From: an uncultured delta proteobacterium
GTDB lineage: Bacteria; Myxococcota; Myxococcia; Myxococcales; Anaeromyxobacteraceae
Reading direction: 5' to 3'
DNA length: 64,000 bases
NCBI GenBank assembly: GCA_963828255.1
Contig: CAWHDZ010000040.1
Span: 224,001 to 288,000, forward strand
Shown: piece after piece, positions 34,304 through 48,660 of the stretch
Position numbering within the stretch: position 1 is the stretch's first letter
How the letters are laid out: the number at the start of each line of letters is the position of its first letter
The notes under the pieces: generated by a model
Told to the model about the DNA's origin: nothing
Seen by the model: only the letters and a program-made list of their open reading frames with translations
Database searches by the model: none
Position numbers and translations under genes: made by a program

Positions 34304-34314
34304 TCGAGGACGCC

Positions 34315-34935
34315 ATGGCAAAGTTCGACGTCTACAGCCTCGACCGGACGAAGGTCGGCGAGATCGACCTCAAGGACGAGGTCTTCGCAGGCCCGGTGAA
34401 CGAGCACCTCTTCTGGGAGGTGGTGAAGGCCAAGCTCGCCTCCGATCGCTCGGGCACGCACGCGGTGAAGAACCGCTCCCTGGTGTCCGGCGGAGGCAAG
34501 AAGCCCTGGAAGCAGAAGGGCACCGGCCGCGCCCGGTCCGGCTCGACCCGCGCCAGCCAGTTCGTCGGCGGCGGGAAGGCCATGGGCCCGAAGCCCAGGG
34601 ACTACTCCTACGACGTGCCGCGCAAGGTCCGGAAGGCCGCGCTGCGCTCGGCGCTCGCGCTGCGCAACTCCGAGCAGAAGATCCTCATCGTGGATCGCTG
34701 GGCCCCGGAGGCGCCGAAGAGCGCAGCCGCCGCCCAGGTGCTGGGGAAGCTCGGCGTGAAGAAGGCGCTGGTGGTCGACGGGGCCGAGAACGCGGCGCTG
34801 CAGAGGTCGATCCGCAACCTGGCGGGCTTCGACTTCCTGGCCACCCAGGGACTCAACGTCTACGACATCCTGGGCCACGAGTACCTGGTGCTGACCGCCG
34901 ACTCGGCCCGGAAGGTGGAGGAGGCGCTCTCATGA
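34315..34935 (+). CDS. rplD: 50S ribosomal protein L4
   Basis: [20 protein letters not shown]. Confidence 0.97.
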   Translation: MAKFDVYSLDRTKVGEIDLKDEVFAGPVNEHLFWEVVKAKLASDRSGTHAVKNRSLVSGGGKKPWKQKGTGRARSGSTRASQFVGGGKAMGPKPRDYSYDVPRKVRKAALRSALALRNSEQKILIVDRWAPEAPKSAAAAQVLGKLGVKKALVVDGAENAALQRSIRNLAGFDFLATQGLNVYDILGHEYLVLTADSARKVEEALS

Positions 34936-35225
34936 ACCTGACCGTCCAGGACGTGATCGTCCGACCCATCATCAGCGAGAAGGCGGAGCGCGGCCGCGAG
35001 GCCGAGCGTCAGTACGCCTTCCAGGTGCACCGCGAGTCCACCAAGATCCAGGTCAAGGGCGCGGTCGAGAAGCTCTTCTCGGTGAAGGTCACCGCGGTGC
35101 GCACCTCGATCGCCCGGGGCAAGAACAAGCGCGTCGGCCGGCAGGTTGGCCGCCGTCCCAACTGGAAGAAGGCCATCGTCACCCTCAAGGAAGGCGACAC
35201 CATCGCCCTCTTCGAGGGGAAGTAG
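34932..35225 (+). CDS. rplW: 50S ribosomal protein L23
   Basis: RPIISEKA...TK.Q.K.AVEKLF.VKV...[12 protein letters not shown] overlap with rplD. Confidence 0.95.
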   Translation: MNLTVQDVIVRPIISEKAERGREAERQYAFQVHRESTKIQVKGAVEKLFSVKVTAVRTSIARGKNKRVGRQVGRRPNWKKAIVTLKEGDTIALFEGK

Positions 35226-35240
35226 GCCAGGGGAACGAGC

Positions 35241-36089
35241 ATGGGCGTCAAGAGCTACAAGCCGACCAGCGCAGCCCGCCGTCACATGACGGTGGCCGAC
35301 TTCGCCGAGATCACCAGGGACCGTCCCGAGAAGAAGCTGACCCGCTCGAAGAAGCGGACCGGCGGACGGAACGTGCACGGCCACATCACCACGCGTCACA
35401 TCGGCGGCGGCCACAAGCAGCGCTACCGGGTGATCGACTGGCGGCGCGACAAGGACGGGGTCCCGGCCAAGGTCGCCTCCATCGAGTACGACCCCAACCG
35501 CACCGCCCGGATCGCGCTCCTCCACTACAAGGACGGGGAGAAGCGCTACATCCTGGCGCCGCTCGGGGTCGGCGTGGGCGACCTGCTGGTGTCCGGCGAC
35601 GCCGTCGACATCCGGCCCGGCAACACGCTTCCCATCCGCGGCATGCCGCTCGGCACCCAGATCCACGGGCTCGAGCTTCAGCCCGGCTCCGGCGCCAAGC
35701 TCATCCGCACCGCCGGCTCCTTCGGGCAGGTCATGGCCAAGGAGGGCGACTACGCCCAGATCCGCATGCCCTCCGGAGAGATCCGCCGGGTCCTGCAGGT
35801 GGTCCGGGCCACGGTGGGCCAGCTCTCGAACATCGAGAACGCCAGCATCCGCGTGGGCAAGGCCGGCAAGTCGCGCTGGAGGGGCATCCGCCCCACCGTC
35901 CGCGGCCTGGCGATGAACCCGGTCGATCACCCGCACGGCGGCGGCGAGGGCAAGTCCGGTCAGGGCAATCCGCACCCGGTCTCGCCCTGGGGCCAGAAGA
36001 CCAAGGGACTCAAGACCCGCAACAACCGCCGCACGGACAAGTACATCGTTTCGCCCCGCAAGCGGGGCGTGCGCAGCCAGGCAACGTAG
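35241..36089 (+). CDS. rplB: 50S ribosomal protein L2
   Basis: [26 protein letters not shown]. Confidence 0.98.
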   Translation: MGVKSYKPTSAARRHMTVADFAEITRDRPEKKLTRSKKRTGGRNVHGHITTRHIGGGHKQRYRVIDWRRDKDGVPAKVASIEYDPNRTARIALLHYKDGEKRYILAPLGVGVGDLLVSGDAVDIRPGNTLPIRGMPLGTQIHGLELQPGSGAKLIRTAGSFGQVMAKEGDYAQIRMPSGEIRRVLQVVRATVGQLSNIENASIRVGKAGKSRWRGIRPTVRGLAMNPVDHPHGGGEGKSGQGNPHPVSPWGQKTKGLKTRNNRRTDKYIVSPRKRGVRSQAT

Positions 36090-36107
36090 CGGCGAGGACG
36101 AAGACAC

Positions 36108-36410
36108 ATGGCGCGTTCCATCAAGAAGGGCCCCTTCGCCGACAAGCACCTCCTCAAGAAGGTGGAGGACGCGAACAAGGGGAGCAAGAAGTCGGTCATC
36201 AAGACCTGGTCCCGGCGGAGCACCATCATGCCGGACTTCGTGGGCCACACCTTCGCGGTCCACAACGGGCGGAAGTTCGTGCCGGTGTTCGTCCAGGAGA
36301 ACATGGTCGGGCACAAGCTCGGCGAGTTCTCGCCGACCCGCACCTTCCACGGGCACACCGGCGAGAAGAAGGCGGTCGCGGCGCCTTCCGCGCCGCCTCC
36401 GAAGAGGTAG
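36108..36410 (+). CDS. rpsS: 30S ribosomal protein S19
   Basis: RSIKKGPF...KTWSRRSTI...MVGHKLGEF. Confidence 0.98.
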   Translation: MARSIKKGPFADKHLLKKVEDANKGSKKSVIKTWSRRSTIMPDFVGHTFAVHNGRKFVPVFVQENMVGHKLGEFSPTRTFHGHTGEKKAVAAPSAPPPKR

Positions 36411-36419
36411 AGGACGGAC

Positions 36420-36869
36420 ATGGCCGACACCCAGAAGAAGACCGCCGCGACCCCGGCCCCTGGCCGCAAGGTCAAGGTCACCCGCAAGGAGCGCCGCGCC
36501 CGCACCGAGGCGGCCCGCCCCAAGCCCGGGCCGCACGCCTCGCTGCGCCAGCTCCGCGTCACCCCCCGCAAGGTCCGGCTGGTCGCCGACCACGTGCGCG
36601 GGATGCCGGTCGGCGCCGCGCTGGCCATGCTCAAGTTCACGCCGCAGGCGGCCGCGCCGCACCTGGCCAAGCTGCTCCGCTCGGCGGTCGCCAACGCCGA
36701 GAACAAGGGCGGCCGCGTCGACGTGGACGCGCTGTTCGTGAAGACGCTCACCGTGGACCACGGCCCCAAGACCCGCCGCTTCATGCCGCGCGCCATGGGA
36801 CGGGCCACCCGGATCGACAAGAAGACGAGCCACGTCTACGTGGAGCTCGGCATCGCGGGGCGCGCGTAA
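36420..36869 (+). CDS. rplV: 50S ribosomal protein L22 with N-terminal extension
   Basis: [25 protein letters not shown]; position in the S10 operon. Confidence 0.95.
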   Translation: MADTQKKTAATPAPGRKVKVTRKERRARTEAARPKPGPHASLRQLRVTPRKVRLVADHVRGMPVGAALAMLKFTPQAAAPHLAKLLRSAVANAENKGGRVDVDALFVKTLTVDHGPKTRRFMPRAMGRATRIDKKTSHVYVELGIAGRA

Positions 36870-36889
36870 GCGCGCCGCAAGGAGATCAC

Positions 36890-37558
<669 letters not shown>

Positions 37559-37594
37559 CCTTCCCCGTCGGGAACACTTCGAGGAGAACCAGAA

Positions 37595-38011
37595 ATGCTG
37601 CAGCCGGCGAGGACGAAGTACCGGAAGATGATGAAGGGGCGCATGCGGGGCAAGGCCTACCGCGGCTCCGAGCTCAACCAGGGCTCGTTCGGCCTGTCGG
37701 CCACCGAGTGCGGCTGGCTGACCAGCCGCCAGATCGAGGCCGCCCGCGTCGCCATCAGCCGCTACGTGAAGCGGGGCGGAAAGCTCTGGATCCGGGTCTT
37801 CCCGGACAAGCCCATCACCAAGAAGCCCGCCGAGACCCGCATGGGCACCGGCAAGGGGCCGGTGGAGTTCTACGTGGCCGTCATCAAGCCCGGGCGCGTG
37901 CTGTTCGAGATCGAGGGCGTCACCGACGACCAGGCCGCCAAGGCCTTCTCGCTGGCCGCCCACAAGCTGCCCGTCTCCACGAAGCTGGTGAAGCGCGGCG
38001 TGACCCTGTAG
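37595..38011 (+). CDS. rplP: 50S ribosomal protein L16
   Basis: [26 protein letters not shown]. Confidence 0.98.
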   Translation: MLQPARTKYRKMMKGRMRGKAYRGSELNQGSFGLSATECGWLTSRQIEAARVAISRYVKRGGKLWIRVFPDKPITKKPAETRMGTGKGPVEFYVAVIKPGRVLFEIEGVTDDQAAKAFSLAAHKLPVSTKLVKRGVTL

Positions 38012-38019
38012 GAGGCGAC

Positions 38020-38259
38020 ATGTCGACCAACACCGAACTGCGCCAGCTGTCCACCGAGGAGCTCGAGGCGCGTGTCGTCGAGCTCAAGCAGCAGATGTTC
38101 GAGATGAAGAGCAAGCTCAACACCGGCGTGCTGGACTCGACCGCCGACCTCGCCAAGACCCGGCGCCTGGTGGCGCGCTGCAGGACGCTGGCGCGCGAGA
38201 AGCAGCTGGGCGTCGTCCGCAAGGCGAAGACCGAGAACCGCAAGGGCGAGAAGGAGTAG
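38020..38259 (+). CDS. rpmC: 50S ribosomal protein L29
   Basis: ELRQLS.EEL...ELK......R..AR..T; GGAGG Shine-Dalgarno; synteny. Confidence 0.9.
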   Translation: MSTNTELRQLSTEELEARVVELKQQMFEMKSKLNTGVLDSTADLAKTRRLVARCRTLAREKQLGVVRKAKTENRKGEKE

Positions 38260-38261
38260 TC

Positions 38262-38522
38262 ATGGAACGCGGCAAGGCCAAGTCCCGCGTCGGGGTGGTG
38301 GTCTCGAGCAAGATGCAGAAGACCGTCGTGGTGCGGGTGGAACGCCGCATCGCCGACCGGAAGTACGGCAAGATCATCCGCCGCGCCGAGCGCTACAAGG
38401 CGCACGACGAGCGCGAGACCTCCAAGGCCGGCGACAAGGTCCGGATCGTCGAGACGCGCCCCATGTCCAAGGACAAGCGCTGGCGGGTGGCCGAGATCAT
38501 CGAGAAGGGCCCGGAGGTCTAG
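38262..38522 (+). CDS. rpsQ: 30S ribosomal protein S17
   Basis: G.VVS.KM.KTVVV.V, ETRP.SK.KRW. Confidence 0.96.
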   Translation: MERGKAKSRVGVVVSSKMQKTVVVRVERRIADRKYGKIIRRAERYKAHDERETSKAGDKVRIVETRPMSKDKRWRVAEIIEKGPEV

Positions 38523-38524
38523 CC

Positions 38525-38893
38525 ATGATCCAGCAGCAGACGATCCTGGACGTCGCCGACAACTCGGGCGCCAAGAAGGTCCAGTGCATCAAGGTGCTGG
38601 GCGGCTCGCGGCGGAAGTACGCGTCCCTGGGCGACGTCATCGTGGTCTCCGTGAAGGAGGCCATCCCGCAGTCGAAGGTCAAGAAGGGCGAGGTCGCCCG
38701 GGCCGTCATCGTGCGCACGGCGCGCGAGGTGCGGCGCCCCGACGGCAGCTACATCCGCTTCGACGGCAACTCGGCGGTCCTCATCAACAAGGACCTCGAG
38801 CCGGTCGGCACCCGCATCTTCGGGCCGGTGGCCCGCGAGCTGCGCGCCCGCAAGTTCATGAAGATCATCAGCCTGGCGCCGGAGGTTCTGTAG
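38525..38893 (+). CDS. rplN: 50S ribosomal protein L14
   Basis: [27 protein letters not shown]. Confidence 0.98.
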   Translation: MIQQQTILDVADNSGAKKVQCIKVLGGSRRKYASLGDVIVVSVKEAIPQSKVKKGEVARAVIVRTAREVRRPDGSYIRFDGNSAVLINKDLEPVGTRIFGPVARELRARKFMKIISLAPEVL

Positions 38894-38896
38894 GCC

Positions 38897-39214
38897 ATGG
38901 ACGTCCACAAGAACGACACGGTGAAGGTCCTCTCCGGCAAGGAGAAGGGCAAGTCGGGCAAGGTGCTCGAGGTGCTTCACGAGAAGAGCCGGGTCCGCAT
39001 CGAGAAGCTCATGACGGTGAAGCGCCACCTCAAGAAGGGGCGCAGCCAGGTCAATCCGGACGGCGGCATCATCGAGAAGGCCGGCACCATCCACCTCTCC
39101 AGCGTCATGGTGGTGTGCCCGAAGTGCGGCAAGCCCACCCGCGTGGCCCACGCCACCCGGGAGGACGGCCGCCGGGTGCGGGCCTGCAAGAAGTGCAAGC
39201 AGCGGTTCGAGTAG
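38897..39214 (+). CDS. rplX: 50S ribosomal protein L24
   Basis: KOW motif [20 protein letters not shown]. Confidence 0.95.
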   Translation: MDVHKNDTVKVLSGKEKGKSGKVLEVLHEKSRVRIEKLMTVKRHLKKGRSQVNPDGGIIEKAGTIHLSSVMVVCPKCGKPTRVAHATREDGRRVRACKKCKQRFE

Positions 39215-39270
39215 GGAACGAACGCATCGTCCGGAGGCCTTGGGCCCCGGACGAAGGCAAGGAGCGAACG

Positions 39271-39813
39271 ATGGCAGCGCGTCTGAAGGAACGGTTCGAG
39301 AAGGAGATCCGGCCTGAACTGGTCAAGGAGCTCGGGTTGAAGAACCCGATGCAGGCTCCGCGGCTGGAGAAGGTCGTGGTCAACATGGGGCTCGGCGAGG
39401 CCATCCAGAACGGAAAGATCCTGGACGCCTCGCTGGAGCAGCTGACCGCCATCACCGGGCAGAAGCCGGTGGTGACCAAGGCCCGCAAGTCCATCGCGAA
39501 CTTCAAGCTCCGCCAGGGGCAGAGCATCGGGGCGATGGTCACCCTGCGCGGCAACCGGGCCTACGAGTTCCTGGACCGCCTGCTCAACGTGGCGCTGCCG
39601 CGCGTGCGTGACTTCAAGGGCGTGTCGCCCAAGGCGTTCGACGGGAAGGGCAACTACACCCTCGGGGTGAAGGAGCAGATCATCTTCCCGGAGATCAACT
39701 ACGACAAGGTCGAGAAGATCAAGGGACTCAACATCACCGTGGTCACCACGGCGCGGAACGACGAGGAGGGCAGAGTCCTCCTCCGCCACCTCGGCATGCC
39801 CTTCCGCCAGTAG
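39271..39813 (+). CDS. rplE: 50S ribosomal protein L5
   Basis: [31 protein letters not shown]. Confidence 0.97.
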   Translation: MAARLKERFEKEIRPELVKELGLKNPMQAPRLEKVVVNMGLGEAIQNGKILDASLEQLTAITGQKPVVTKARKSIANFKLRQGQSIGAMVTLRGNRAYEFLDRLLNVALPRVRDFKGVSPKAFDGKGNYTLGVKEQIIFPEINYDKVEKIKGLNITVVTTARNDEEGRVLLRHLGMPFRQ

Positions 39814-39834
39814 CCGGACCAGGAGACGGACACG

Positions 39835-40020
39835 ATGGCAAAGCTTTCGAAGATGGCGCAGGCGGCACGCAAGTTGAAGTTCCCCGTGCGCCAGTACAAC
39901 CGCTGCCCGATCTGCGGGCGGCCCCGCGCATTCCTGCGCAAGTTCCAGATGTGCCGCATCTGCTTCCGCAATCGCGCGCTCCGGGGCGAAGTCACCGGCG
40001 TCATCAAGTCGAGCTGGTAG
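39835..40020 (+). CDS. rpsN: 30S ribosomal protein S14 (Zn-binding, type Z)
   Basis: [10 protein letters not shown]...CRICFR, 61 aa. Confidence 0.96.
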   Translation: MAKLSKMAQAARKLKFPVRQYNRCPICGRPRAFLRKFQMCRICFRNRALRGEVTGVIKSSW

Positions 40021-40032
40021 GGAGACTCATCG

Positions 40033-40434
40033 ATGAGCTTCACGGATCCCATTGGCGACATGCTCACCCGCGTGCGGAATGCATCCTCCGCGCGCCACGA
40101 GAAGGTGCTGGTCCCGGCCTCCAACCTCAAGGCGCGCATCGCCGAGGTGTTGAAGTCCGAGGGCTTCATCCTGGACTTCGTCCTGCACAAGGACGACGGG
40201 CACCAGGGGGCCATCACCATCCTCCTCAAGTACGGGCAGGACAGGGAGCCCGCCATCAGCGACATCAAGCGGGTCTCCAAGCCCGGCCTGAGGCGCTACG
40301 TGGACACCGCCCAGATTCCCCGCGTCTTGAACGGCATGGGCATCGCCATCCTCTCGACCTCGAAGGGCGTCATGGTCGATCGGGAGGCCCGCAAGCAGAA
40401 GGTGGGCGGCGAGCTCATCTGCACCGTCTGGTAG
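40033..40434 (+). CDS. rpsH: 30S ribosomal protein S8
   Basis: [29 protein letters not shown]. Confidence 0.97.
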   Translation: MSFTDPIGDMLTRVRNASSARHEKVLVPASNLKARIAEVLKSEGFILDFVLHKDDGHQGAITILLKYGQDREPAISDIKRVSKPGLRRYVDTAQIPRVLNGMGIAILSTSKGVMVDREARKQKVGGELICTVW

Positions 40435-40442
40435 GAGCATCC

Positions 40443-40985
40443 ATGTCCCGCATCGGAAAGCTTCCGGTCAAGATCCCGGAGAAGGTCAAGGTCATCGTGG
40501 ACGGAACCACGGTGAAGGTCGAGGGGCCGAAGGGCAAGACCTCGTTCAAGGCCAACGCCCTGATGAAGTTCCAGGTGGACAAGGGCGAGGTGCTGGTCCT
40601 CCGCCCCGACGAGTCCACGCTGGCCCGCTCGCTCCACGGGCTGACGCGCACGCTCGTGCGCAACGCCATCGACGGGGTCACCAAGGGCTACGAGAAGACC
40701 CTCGAGATCGTCGGGGTCGGCTTCAAGGCCGAGGGGAAGGGCAAGGAGGTCAACTTCATCCTTGGCTTCTCCCACCCGGTGGTCTTCAAGCTCCCCGAGG
40801 GGATCACCGCCGAGGTCGATCCGAAGCAGACCAAGGTCACGGTCCGCGGCGCCGACAAGCACCTGGTGGGAATGACCGCCGCCCGCATCCGCGAGCTCCG
40901 GCCGCCCGAGCCGTACAAGGGCAAGGGCATCAAGTACAGCACCGAGATCATCCGCCGCAAGGAAGGCAAGACCGGCGCGGCCTAG
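40443..40985 (+). CDS. rplF: 50S ribosomal protein L6
   Basis: [24 protein letters not shown]. Confidence 0.97.
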   Translation: MSRIGKLPVKIPEKVKVIVDGTTVKVEGPKGKTSFKANALMKFQVDKGEVLVLRPDESTLARSLHGLTRTLVRNAIDGVTKGYEKTLEIVGVGFKAEGKGKEVNFILGFSHPVVFKLPEGITAEVDPKQTKVTVRGADKHLVGMTAARIRELRPPEPYKGKGIKYSTEIIRRKEGKTGAA

Positions 40986-41039
40986 CGGCCGCCCGCTCAT
41001 GTGCCGGCTGGGTCTGCGCCGGCGCAAGGAGGAGCAAAC

Positions 41040-41399
41040 ATGGCAGAGAAGGTCACCCCGCGCGAGAAGCGCAAGGCGCGAATCCGCAAGAAGCTGTCGG
41101 GCACCGCGGAGCGTCCGCGCCTCACCGTCTACCGGAGCCTGAACCACATCTACGCCCAGCTGGTGGACGACGTGGCCGGCACCACCATCGCGTTCGCCGG
41201 GACGACGTCCAAGGCGCTGCGCGAGGCGGTGAAGGAAGACGACAAGACCGCCGCGGCCAAGAAGGTCGGGACGGCGGTCGCCAGGATGGCGCTCGACAAG
41301 GGCGTCACCCATGTCGTCTTCGATCGAAATGGTTTCGACTACCACGGCCGTGTCGCCGCGGTGGCGGAGGCCGCCCGCGAGGCCGGCCTCAAGTTCTAG
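41040..41399 (+). CDS. rplR: 50S ribosomal protein L18
   Basis: RPRL.VYRS..HIYAQ, VFDRNG..YHGRV, AREAGL.F. Confidence 0.96.
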   Translation: MAEKVTPREKRKARIRKKLSGTAERPRLTVYRSLNHIYAQLVDDVAGTTIAFAGTTSKALREAVKEDDKTAAAKKVGTAVARMALDKGVTHVVFDRNGFDYHGRVAAVAEAAREAGLKF

Positions 41400-41421
41400 A
41401 CACTTTAGGATTGAGGGACGA

Positions 41422-41925
41422 ATGGCTGCTCCCATCAACGTGAACGATCTCGATCTGACGGACCGCGTGGTCCACATCAACCGCGTCGCCAAGGTGGTCA
41501 AGGGCGGACGGCGCTTCAGCTTCTCCGCCCTCATCGTGGTAGGCGACGGCCAGGGGCACGTCGGCGTCGGCCTGGGGAAGGCCAACGAGGTGCCGGAGGC
41601 CATCCGCAAGGGCGGCGAGCAGGCCAAGAAGAACGTGTTCAAGGTGCCCATGTCCGGGACCACCATCCCGCACGAGGTGATCGGCCACTTCGGCGCCGGG
41701 AAGGTGCTCCTCAAGCCGGCCAGCGAGGGCACCGGCGTGATCGCCGGCGGCGCAGTCCGCGCCGTCCTCGAGGCCGCCGGGGTGCGCAACGTGCTCACCA
41801 AGAGCCAGGGGTCGCGCAATCCGCACAACGTGCTCAAGGCCACGGTCGAGGGGCTCAAGCGGCTGCGCAATGCAGACCGCGTCGCCCAGATGCGCGGCAA
41901 GACCATTGCCGAAATGACGGAATAG
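41422..41925 (+). CDS. rpsE: 30S ribosomal protein S5
   Basis: [28 protein letters not shown]. Confidence 0.97.
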   Translation: MAAPINVNDLDLTDRVVHINRVAKVVKGGRRFSFSALIVVGDGQGHVGVGLGKANEVPEAIRKGGEQAKKNVFKVPMSGTTIPHEVIGHFGAGKVLLKPASEGTGVIAGGAVRAVLEAAGVRNVLTKSQGSRNPHNVLKATVEGLKRLRNADRVAQMRGKTIAEMTE

Positions 41926-41940
41926 GGCAGGGGACCCAAG

Positions 41941-42168
41941 ATGGCAGCCATCAAGGTGACGTTGAAGCACGGACTCTCCGGGATCCCGGCGGACCAGCGG
42001 GCGACGGTGACGGGAATGGGTCTGAAGAAGACCAATTCGTCGAAGATCCTCCCCGACAACCCGGCAACCATGGGGATGATCCGCAAGGTGGGTTATCTCC
42101 TCGTCTGGGAGCGCGTGGACGCCCCGGCGCCGGTGGGCCGCCTGGCCAGGAAGTCGAAGGGCGCGTGA
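41941..42168 (+). CDS. rpmD: 50S ribosomal protein L30
   Basis: IKVTL......QRAT...GLKK...GMI.KV; synteny. Confidence 0.9.
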   Translation: MAAIKVTLKHGLSGIPADQRATVTGMGLKKTNSSKILPDNPATMGMIRKVGYLLVWERVDAPAPVGRLARKSKGA

Positions 42169-42214
42169 GGGCGCCCGGCGCCCCCCGCTCCAACGCGTGT
42201 AGAAAGGGAAGCTC

Positions 42215-42735
42215 ATGTCTTCGCTGAACCAGCTGAAGGCGCCTCGCGGCGCCACCAAGGTCCGCAAGCGCGTCGGTCGCGGCCAGGGCTCCGGCCTTGG
42301 CAAGACCGCCGGCCGCGGCGGCAAGGGCCAGAAGGCCCGCTCCGGCAACATGCACTTCGAGGGCTTCGAGGGCGGTCAGATGCCGCTCCAGCGCCGCCTT
42401 CCGAAGTTCGGGTTCATCAACCACTTCCGGCTCGAGTTCGAGGAGGTCCAGGTGACCGACCTCGGCCTGCTCCCGGCCGGCAGCGTGGTGGACCTCCAGG
42501 CCCTGAAGGGGGCCGGGCTGGCCCGCGGCAAGGGCGACGGCGTGGTGGTGCTCGGCAAGGGCGAGCTCACCGGGGCCTACACCGTCCGCGTCGAGCGGGT
42601 CACCGCCGGGGCGCGCGAGGCCATCGAGAAGGCCGGCGGCAAGGTGGACACCCTGCCGGCGCGCCAGACCATGGGCGAGAGGCAGAAGGCCGAGAAGAAG
42701 GCCAAGGGCAAGGCAAGGCCAAGGGCAAGGCGTAG
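42215..42735 (+). CDS. rplO: 50S ribosomal protein L15 (stop TAG 42733-42735 is out of frame in this assembly)
   Basis: [36 protein letters not shown]; frameshift in a 17-nt tandem repeat at 42698-42731. Confidence 0.93.
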
Positions 42736-42754
42736 GCGGCGCGGGGGGTACGGG

Positions 42755-44080
<1,326 letters not shown>

Positions 44081-44118
44081 ACGCCTAGACGCGCCGGGCG
44101 GCGCGCCGGGAGAGGCGC

Positions 44119-44769
44119 ATGATCCTCATCCTCTTGGGACCACCGGGCGCCGGCAAGGGCACGCAGGCCAAGCTCCTGGCCCGGGAGCTGCAGATCCCGC
44201 ACATCTCCACCGGCGACATGTTCCGCGACCACAAGGCGCGGGGCACGGAGCTCGGAAAGACCGTGGACGCCATCATGTCCTCGGGCGGGCTCGTCCCGGA
44301 CGACGTCACCAACGCCATGGTGAAGGACCGGCTCTCGCGCCCCGACGTGGCGCGCGGCTTCATCCTCGACGGCTACCCCCGGACCACGGCGCAGGCCGAG
44401 TACCTCGACCAGGTCCTGGTGTCGATCGGGCGCAAGCTCGACCGCGCGGTCTCCTACGAGATCGCCCAGGAACTCCTGGTGGACCGCATGAGCGGCCGGC
44501 GCAGCTGCCCGACCTGCGGTGCCGTCTACCACGTGACCGCGAACCCGCCCCGGACGGCCGGAGTCTGCGACCGGGAGGGCGCGGCGCTGGTGCAGCGCGA
44601 CGACGACAAGGCCGAGACGGTGGCCCGGCGGCTGCGGGAGTACGAGTCCAAGACCGAGCCGCTCAAGCGCTACTACCACGAGCGGGGAAGCCTGTCGGAG
44701 GTGGCCGGGACCGGCTCCCCCGACGAGGTGCTCGCCTCGGCCCTGCGCGTCCTTGGCCGGACCGCGTAG
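44119..44769 (+). CDS. adk: Adenylate kinase
   Basis: GPPGAGKGTQA, HISTGDM.R, LDGYPRT, LID domain CxxC. Confidence 0.97.
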   Translation: MILILLGPPGAGKGTQAKLLARELQIPHISTGDMFRDHKARGTELGKTVDAIMSSGGLVPDDVTNAMVKDRLSRPDVARGFILDGYPRTTAQAEYLDQVLVSIGRKLDRAVSYEIAQELLVDRMSGRRSCPTCGAVYHVTANPPRTAGVCDREGAALVQRDDDKAETVARRLREYESKTEPLKRYYHERGSLSEVAGTGSPDEVLASALRVLGRTA

Positions 44770-44773
44770 CACC

Positions 44774-45526
44774 GTGCAGCTCAAGACCGAAGACGATCTC
44801 TCCCGGATGCGCGACGCGGGAAGGGTGGTCCGCGCGGTGCTCGACGCCCTCGTGGCCGCCGCAGTTCCTGGCGTGACCACCTTCGACCTGGACCGGCTCG
44901 CCGAGTCCCGTACCCGGGAGATGGGCGCGGTCCCGGCCTTCAAGGGGTACCTGGGCTACCCGGCCAGCGTCTGCATCTCCGTGAACGAGGAGGTGGTCCA
45001 CGGGATCCCCTCCGAGAAGCGGGTCCTTCGCGACGGAGACGTGGTCGGGCTCGATTTCGGTGCCATCCTGGGCGGATTCCACGGTGACGCGGCCGAGACC
45101 GTCCTGGTGGGACAGGCGAGCCCGGATGCCGAGCGCCTGGTGGCCGCCACCCGGGAGGCCCTCGCCGCGGGGATTGCCGCGGCCCGTCCCGGGGGGAGGG
45201 TCGGCGACATCGGCTCGGCCGTTCAGCGCAGCGCCGAGGCGGCCGGTTACTCGGTGGTGCGGGAATTCGTCGGCCACGGCATCGGGCGGAAGCTCCACGA
45301 GGCGCCCCAGGTCCCCAACTTCGGCGAGCCCGGAACCGGAGCCTGGCTGCGCCCCGGGCTGGTCCTGGCCATCGAACCGATGGTCAACGCGGGTCTCCCC
45401 GGGATCCGGACCCTCGAGGACGGATGGACGGCCGTCACCGAGGACGGCAGCCTTTCCGCACACTTCGAGCACACCGTGGCCATCACCGAGGCGGGCCCGG
45501 AGATACTCACCCGGGGAGGGACATGA
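44774..45526 (+). CDS. map: Methionine aminopeptidase type I
   Basis: C.SVNEEVVHGIP, GHGIG, AIEPM, SAHFEHT. Confidence 0.96.
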   Translation: MQLKTEDDLSRMRDAGRVVRAVLDALVAAAVPGVTTFDLDRLAESRTREMGAVPAFKGYLGYPASVCISVNEEVVHGIPSEKRVLRDGDVVGLDFGAILGGFHGDAAETVLVGQASPDAERLVAATREALAAGIAAARPGGRVGDIGSAVQRSAEAAGYSVVREFVGHGIGRKLHEAPQVPNFGEPGTGAWLRPGLVLAIEPMVNAGLPGIRTLEDGWTAVTEDGSLSAHFEHTVAITEAGPEILTRGGT

Positions 45527-45555
45527 CGCGCCAGGCCCTTTCGGAGATGTGGCGC

Positions 45556-45584
45556 TTGCAAGCCGAAAATTCGCGTGTTATAGG
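45556..45584 (+). promoter_or_regulatory. sigma70-type promoter for rpmJ and the alpha operon
   Basis: TTGCAA, 17-nt spacer, TATAGG with an extended -10 TG. Confidence 0.55.
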
Positions 45585-45736
45585 GCGCCCTCCGCATCGG
45601 ACCGATGTGTCGGGTCCGGGTGCGTCAGGAGCATGGCAAATCGAGGGGGCAGGGGATCGCCCCCGATGGTCCCGCCGGCTGGCATGGCGGGGCTTTTCGT
45701 CTCGTACCAGAACTTTTTCGGTCGGGTGACAAGGTC

Positions 45737-45853
45737 ATGAAGGTCCGCGCGTCGGTCAAGAAGATCTGCGACAAGTGCAAGGTCGTGAAGCGCAAGGGCG
45801 TCGTGCGGATCATCTGCGCCGCCAACCCCCGCCACAAGCAGCGCCAGGGCTAG
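45737..45853 (+). CDS. rpmJ: 50S ribosomal protein L36
   Basis: [14 protein letters not shown]...HKQRQG. Confidence 0.97.
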   Translation: MKVRASVKKICDKCKVVKRKGVVRIICAANPRHKQRQG

Positions 45854-45888
45854 CCCAGGGCTAGACCCGGAGAACCGGAGACAGAGGA

Positions 45889-46275
45889 ATGGCTCGCATC
45901 GCCGGCGTCGATCTTCCCGCAGAAAAGCGCGTCGAGATCTCGCTCCAGTACATCTACGGGGTCGGCAAGGCCACCGCGAAGAAGATCCTCGCCAAGGCGG
46001 GCATCGATCCCGTCATGCGGACGAAGGACCTGAACGACGACCAGGTTCGCCACATCCGCGAGGCCATCGAGGCCGTCACCCAGGTCGAAGGTGACCTGCG
46101 CCGTGAGACCTCCATGAACATCAAGCGCCTCATGGACCTGGGCTGCTACCGCGGCCTTCGCCACCGCAAGGGGCTTCCGGTCCGGGGCCAGCGCACCCAC
46201 ACCAACGCCCGCACCCGCAAGGGTCCGAAGCGCGGCCTCGTGCGCAAGGCGGCCGCCGCACCGGCCCCTCGCTAG
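45889..46275 (+). CDS. rpsM: 30S ribosomal protein S13
   Basis: [33 protein letters not shown]. Confidence 0.98.
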   Translation: MARIAGVDLPAEKRVEISLQYIYGVGKATAKKILAKAGIDPVMRTKDLNDDQVRHIREAIEAVTQVEGDLRRETSMNIKRLMDLGCYRGLRHRKGLPVRGQRTHTNARTRKGPKRGLVRKAAAAPAPR

Positions 46276-46313
46276 TGCACTAAGCGTGAAATCGAAGAGA
46301 ATGGAGAGGCAGC

Positions 46314-46829
46314 GTGGCTGACGAGAAGCAGGCCGAGAAGGCCGAGAAGCCGGTGAAGAAGGCCGAGGCGGCCCCCGCCAAGGCCGAGGAGACGGTTCCC
46401 TCCGTCCCCAATCTCACCGGGATCGAGGTTGTGACCGCGTCCCCCGTGACCCCGAAGAAGGGGAAGAAGCGGGTCAAGAAGAACGTGGCCAACGGGATCG
46501 TCCACATCAACTCCACCTTCAACAACACGATGATCACCATCACCGACCCGACCGGGAACGTGCTGTCGTGGTCCTCGGCGGGAGCCCGCGGCTTCAAGGG
46601 CTCGCGCAAGTCCACGCCGTTCGCCGCCCAGGTGGCGGCGGGCGACGCCGCTGCCAAGGCCATGGAGCACGGCCTCAAGGCGGTGGTGGTCATGGTGAAG
46701 GGCCCGGGCGCGGGCCGCGAGTCGGCGCTTCGGGCCATCGCCTCGGCGGGCCTGAAGATCTCGCTCATCAAGGACGTCACGCCCATCCCGCACAACGGCA
46801 CCCGGCCCCCCAAGCGCCGGCGCGTCTGA
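46314..46829 (+). CDS. rpsK: 30S ribosomal protein S11 with N-terminal extension
   Basis: [36 protein letters not shown]. Confidence 0.96.
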   Translation: MADEKQAEKAEKPVKKAEAAPAKAEETVPSVPNLTGIEVVTASPVTPKKGKKRVKKNVANGIVHINSTFNNTMITITDPTGNVLSWSSAGARGFKGSRKSTPFAAQVAAGDAAAKAMEHGLKAVVVMVKGPGAGRESALRAIASAGLKISLIKDVTPIPHNGTRPPKRRRV

Positions 46830-46850
46830 GACGGACAGGAGACGAACACA

Positions 46851-47477
46851 GTGGCTCGTTACACCGAAAGCGTCTGCCGGCTCTGCCGCCGCGAGAACCT
46901 CAAGATGTACCTGAAGGGCGACCGCTGCTACACGGACAAGTGCGCCATCGAGCGCCGTCCGTACCCGCCCGGACAGCACGGCCAGGGGAGAATCAAGTTC
47001 AGCGAGTACGGGGTCCAGCTGCGCGAGAAGCAGAAGGTCAAGCGCATGTACGGCCTCCTCGAGTCGGGCTTCCGTCACGCCTTCGCCGGCGCCGCGGCCG
47101 CCAAGGGGCGCACGGGTGAGAACCTGCTGCGCGGGCTCGAGCTCCGGCTCGACAACGCCGTGTTCCGGCTCGGCTTCGCCGACAGCCGCAACGAGGCGCG
47201 CCAGCTGGTGCAGCACGGGCACTTCCGCGTCAACGGCCGCAAGGTCACCATCCCCTCCTACGAGCTGCGCGCCGGAGACGTCGTCGACGTCCGCGACCGC
47301 AGCAAGAAGGTGGCTCGCATCATCGAGGCCATCGAGGCGGTGGACCGGCGCGGAGTTCCCGCCTGGCTGGAGCTGGACAAGGCGGGGTTCAAGGGCACGG
47401 TGAGGACCGCTCCGTCCCGCGAGGACATCACCATGCCCATCCAGGAACAGCTGATCGTCGAGCTCTACTCGAAGTGA
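46851..47477 (+). CDS. rpsD: 30S ribosomal protein S4
   Basis: PGQHG, QLREKQK, LE.RLDN.VFR.G, IVELYSK. Confidence 0.98.
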   Translation: MARYTESVCRLCRRENLKMYLKGDRCYTDKCAIERRPYPPGQHGQGRIKFSEYGVQLREKQKVKRMYGLLESGFRHAFAGAAAAKGRTGENLLRGLELRLDNAVFRLGFADSRNEARQLVQHGHFRVNGRKVTIPSYELRAGDVVDVRDRSKKVARIIEAIEAVDRRGVPAWLELDKAGFKGTVRTAPSREDITMPIQEQLIVELYSK

Positions 47478-47610
47478 TTCGCCGGGCGCGGCCTGCCGGC
47501 CGCGTTCGACGGAATCTGTCCTCAACACGAAGCGTCGCGCGCCCCACGGCGCCCTGACCCCGCCGGGCTGCGGAGGGAAGGGAGGGGGCGGCGGCCAAAG
47601 GAGAAAGCCC

Positions 47611-48627
<1,017 letters not shown>

Positions 48628-48660
48628 GCGTCCAACGAACTCTCCGAGGGAGATGCCGAG

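Noticed and set aside
45630..45697. GGCAAA...CGATGG..CCCGCC as a c-di-GMP-I or fluoride riboswitch
   Set aside because: Only short sub-motifs match. By eye the required GNRA loop/receptor or pseudoknot elements are not evident, so it is kept only as an unassigned structured leader.
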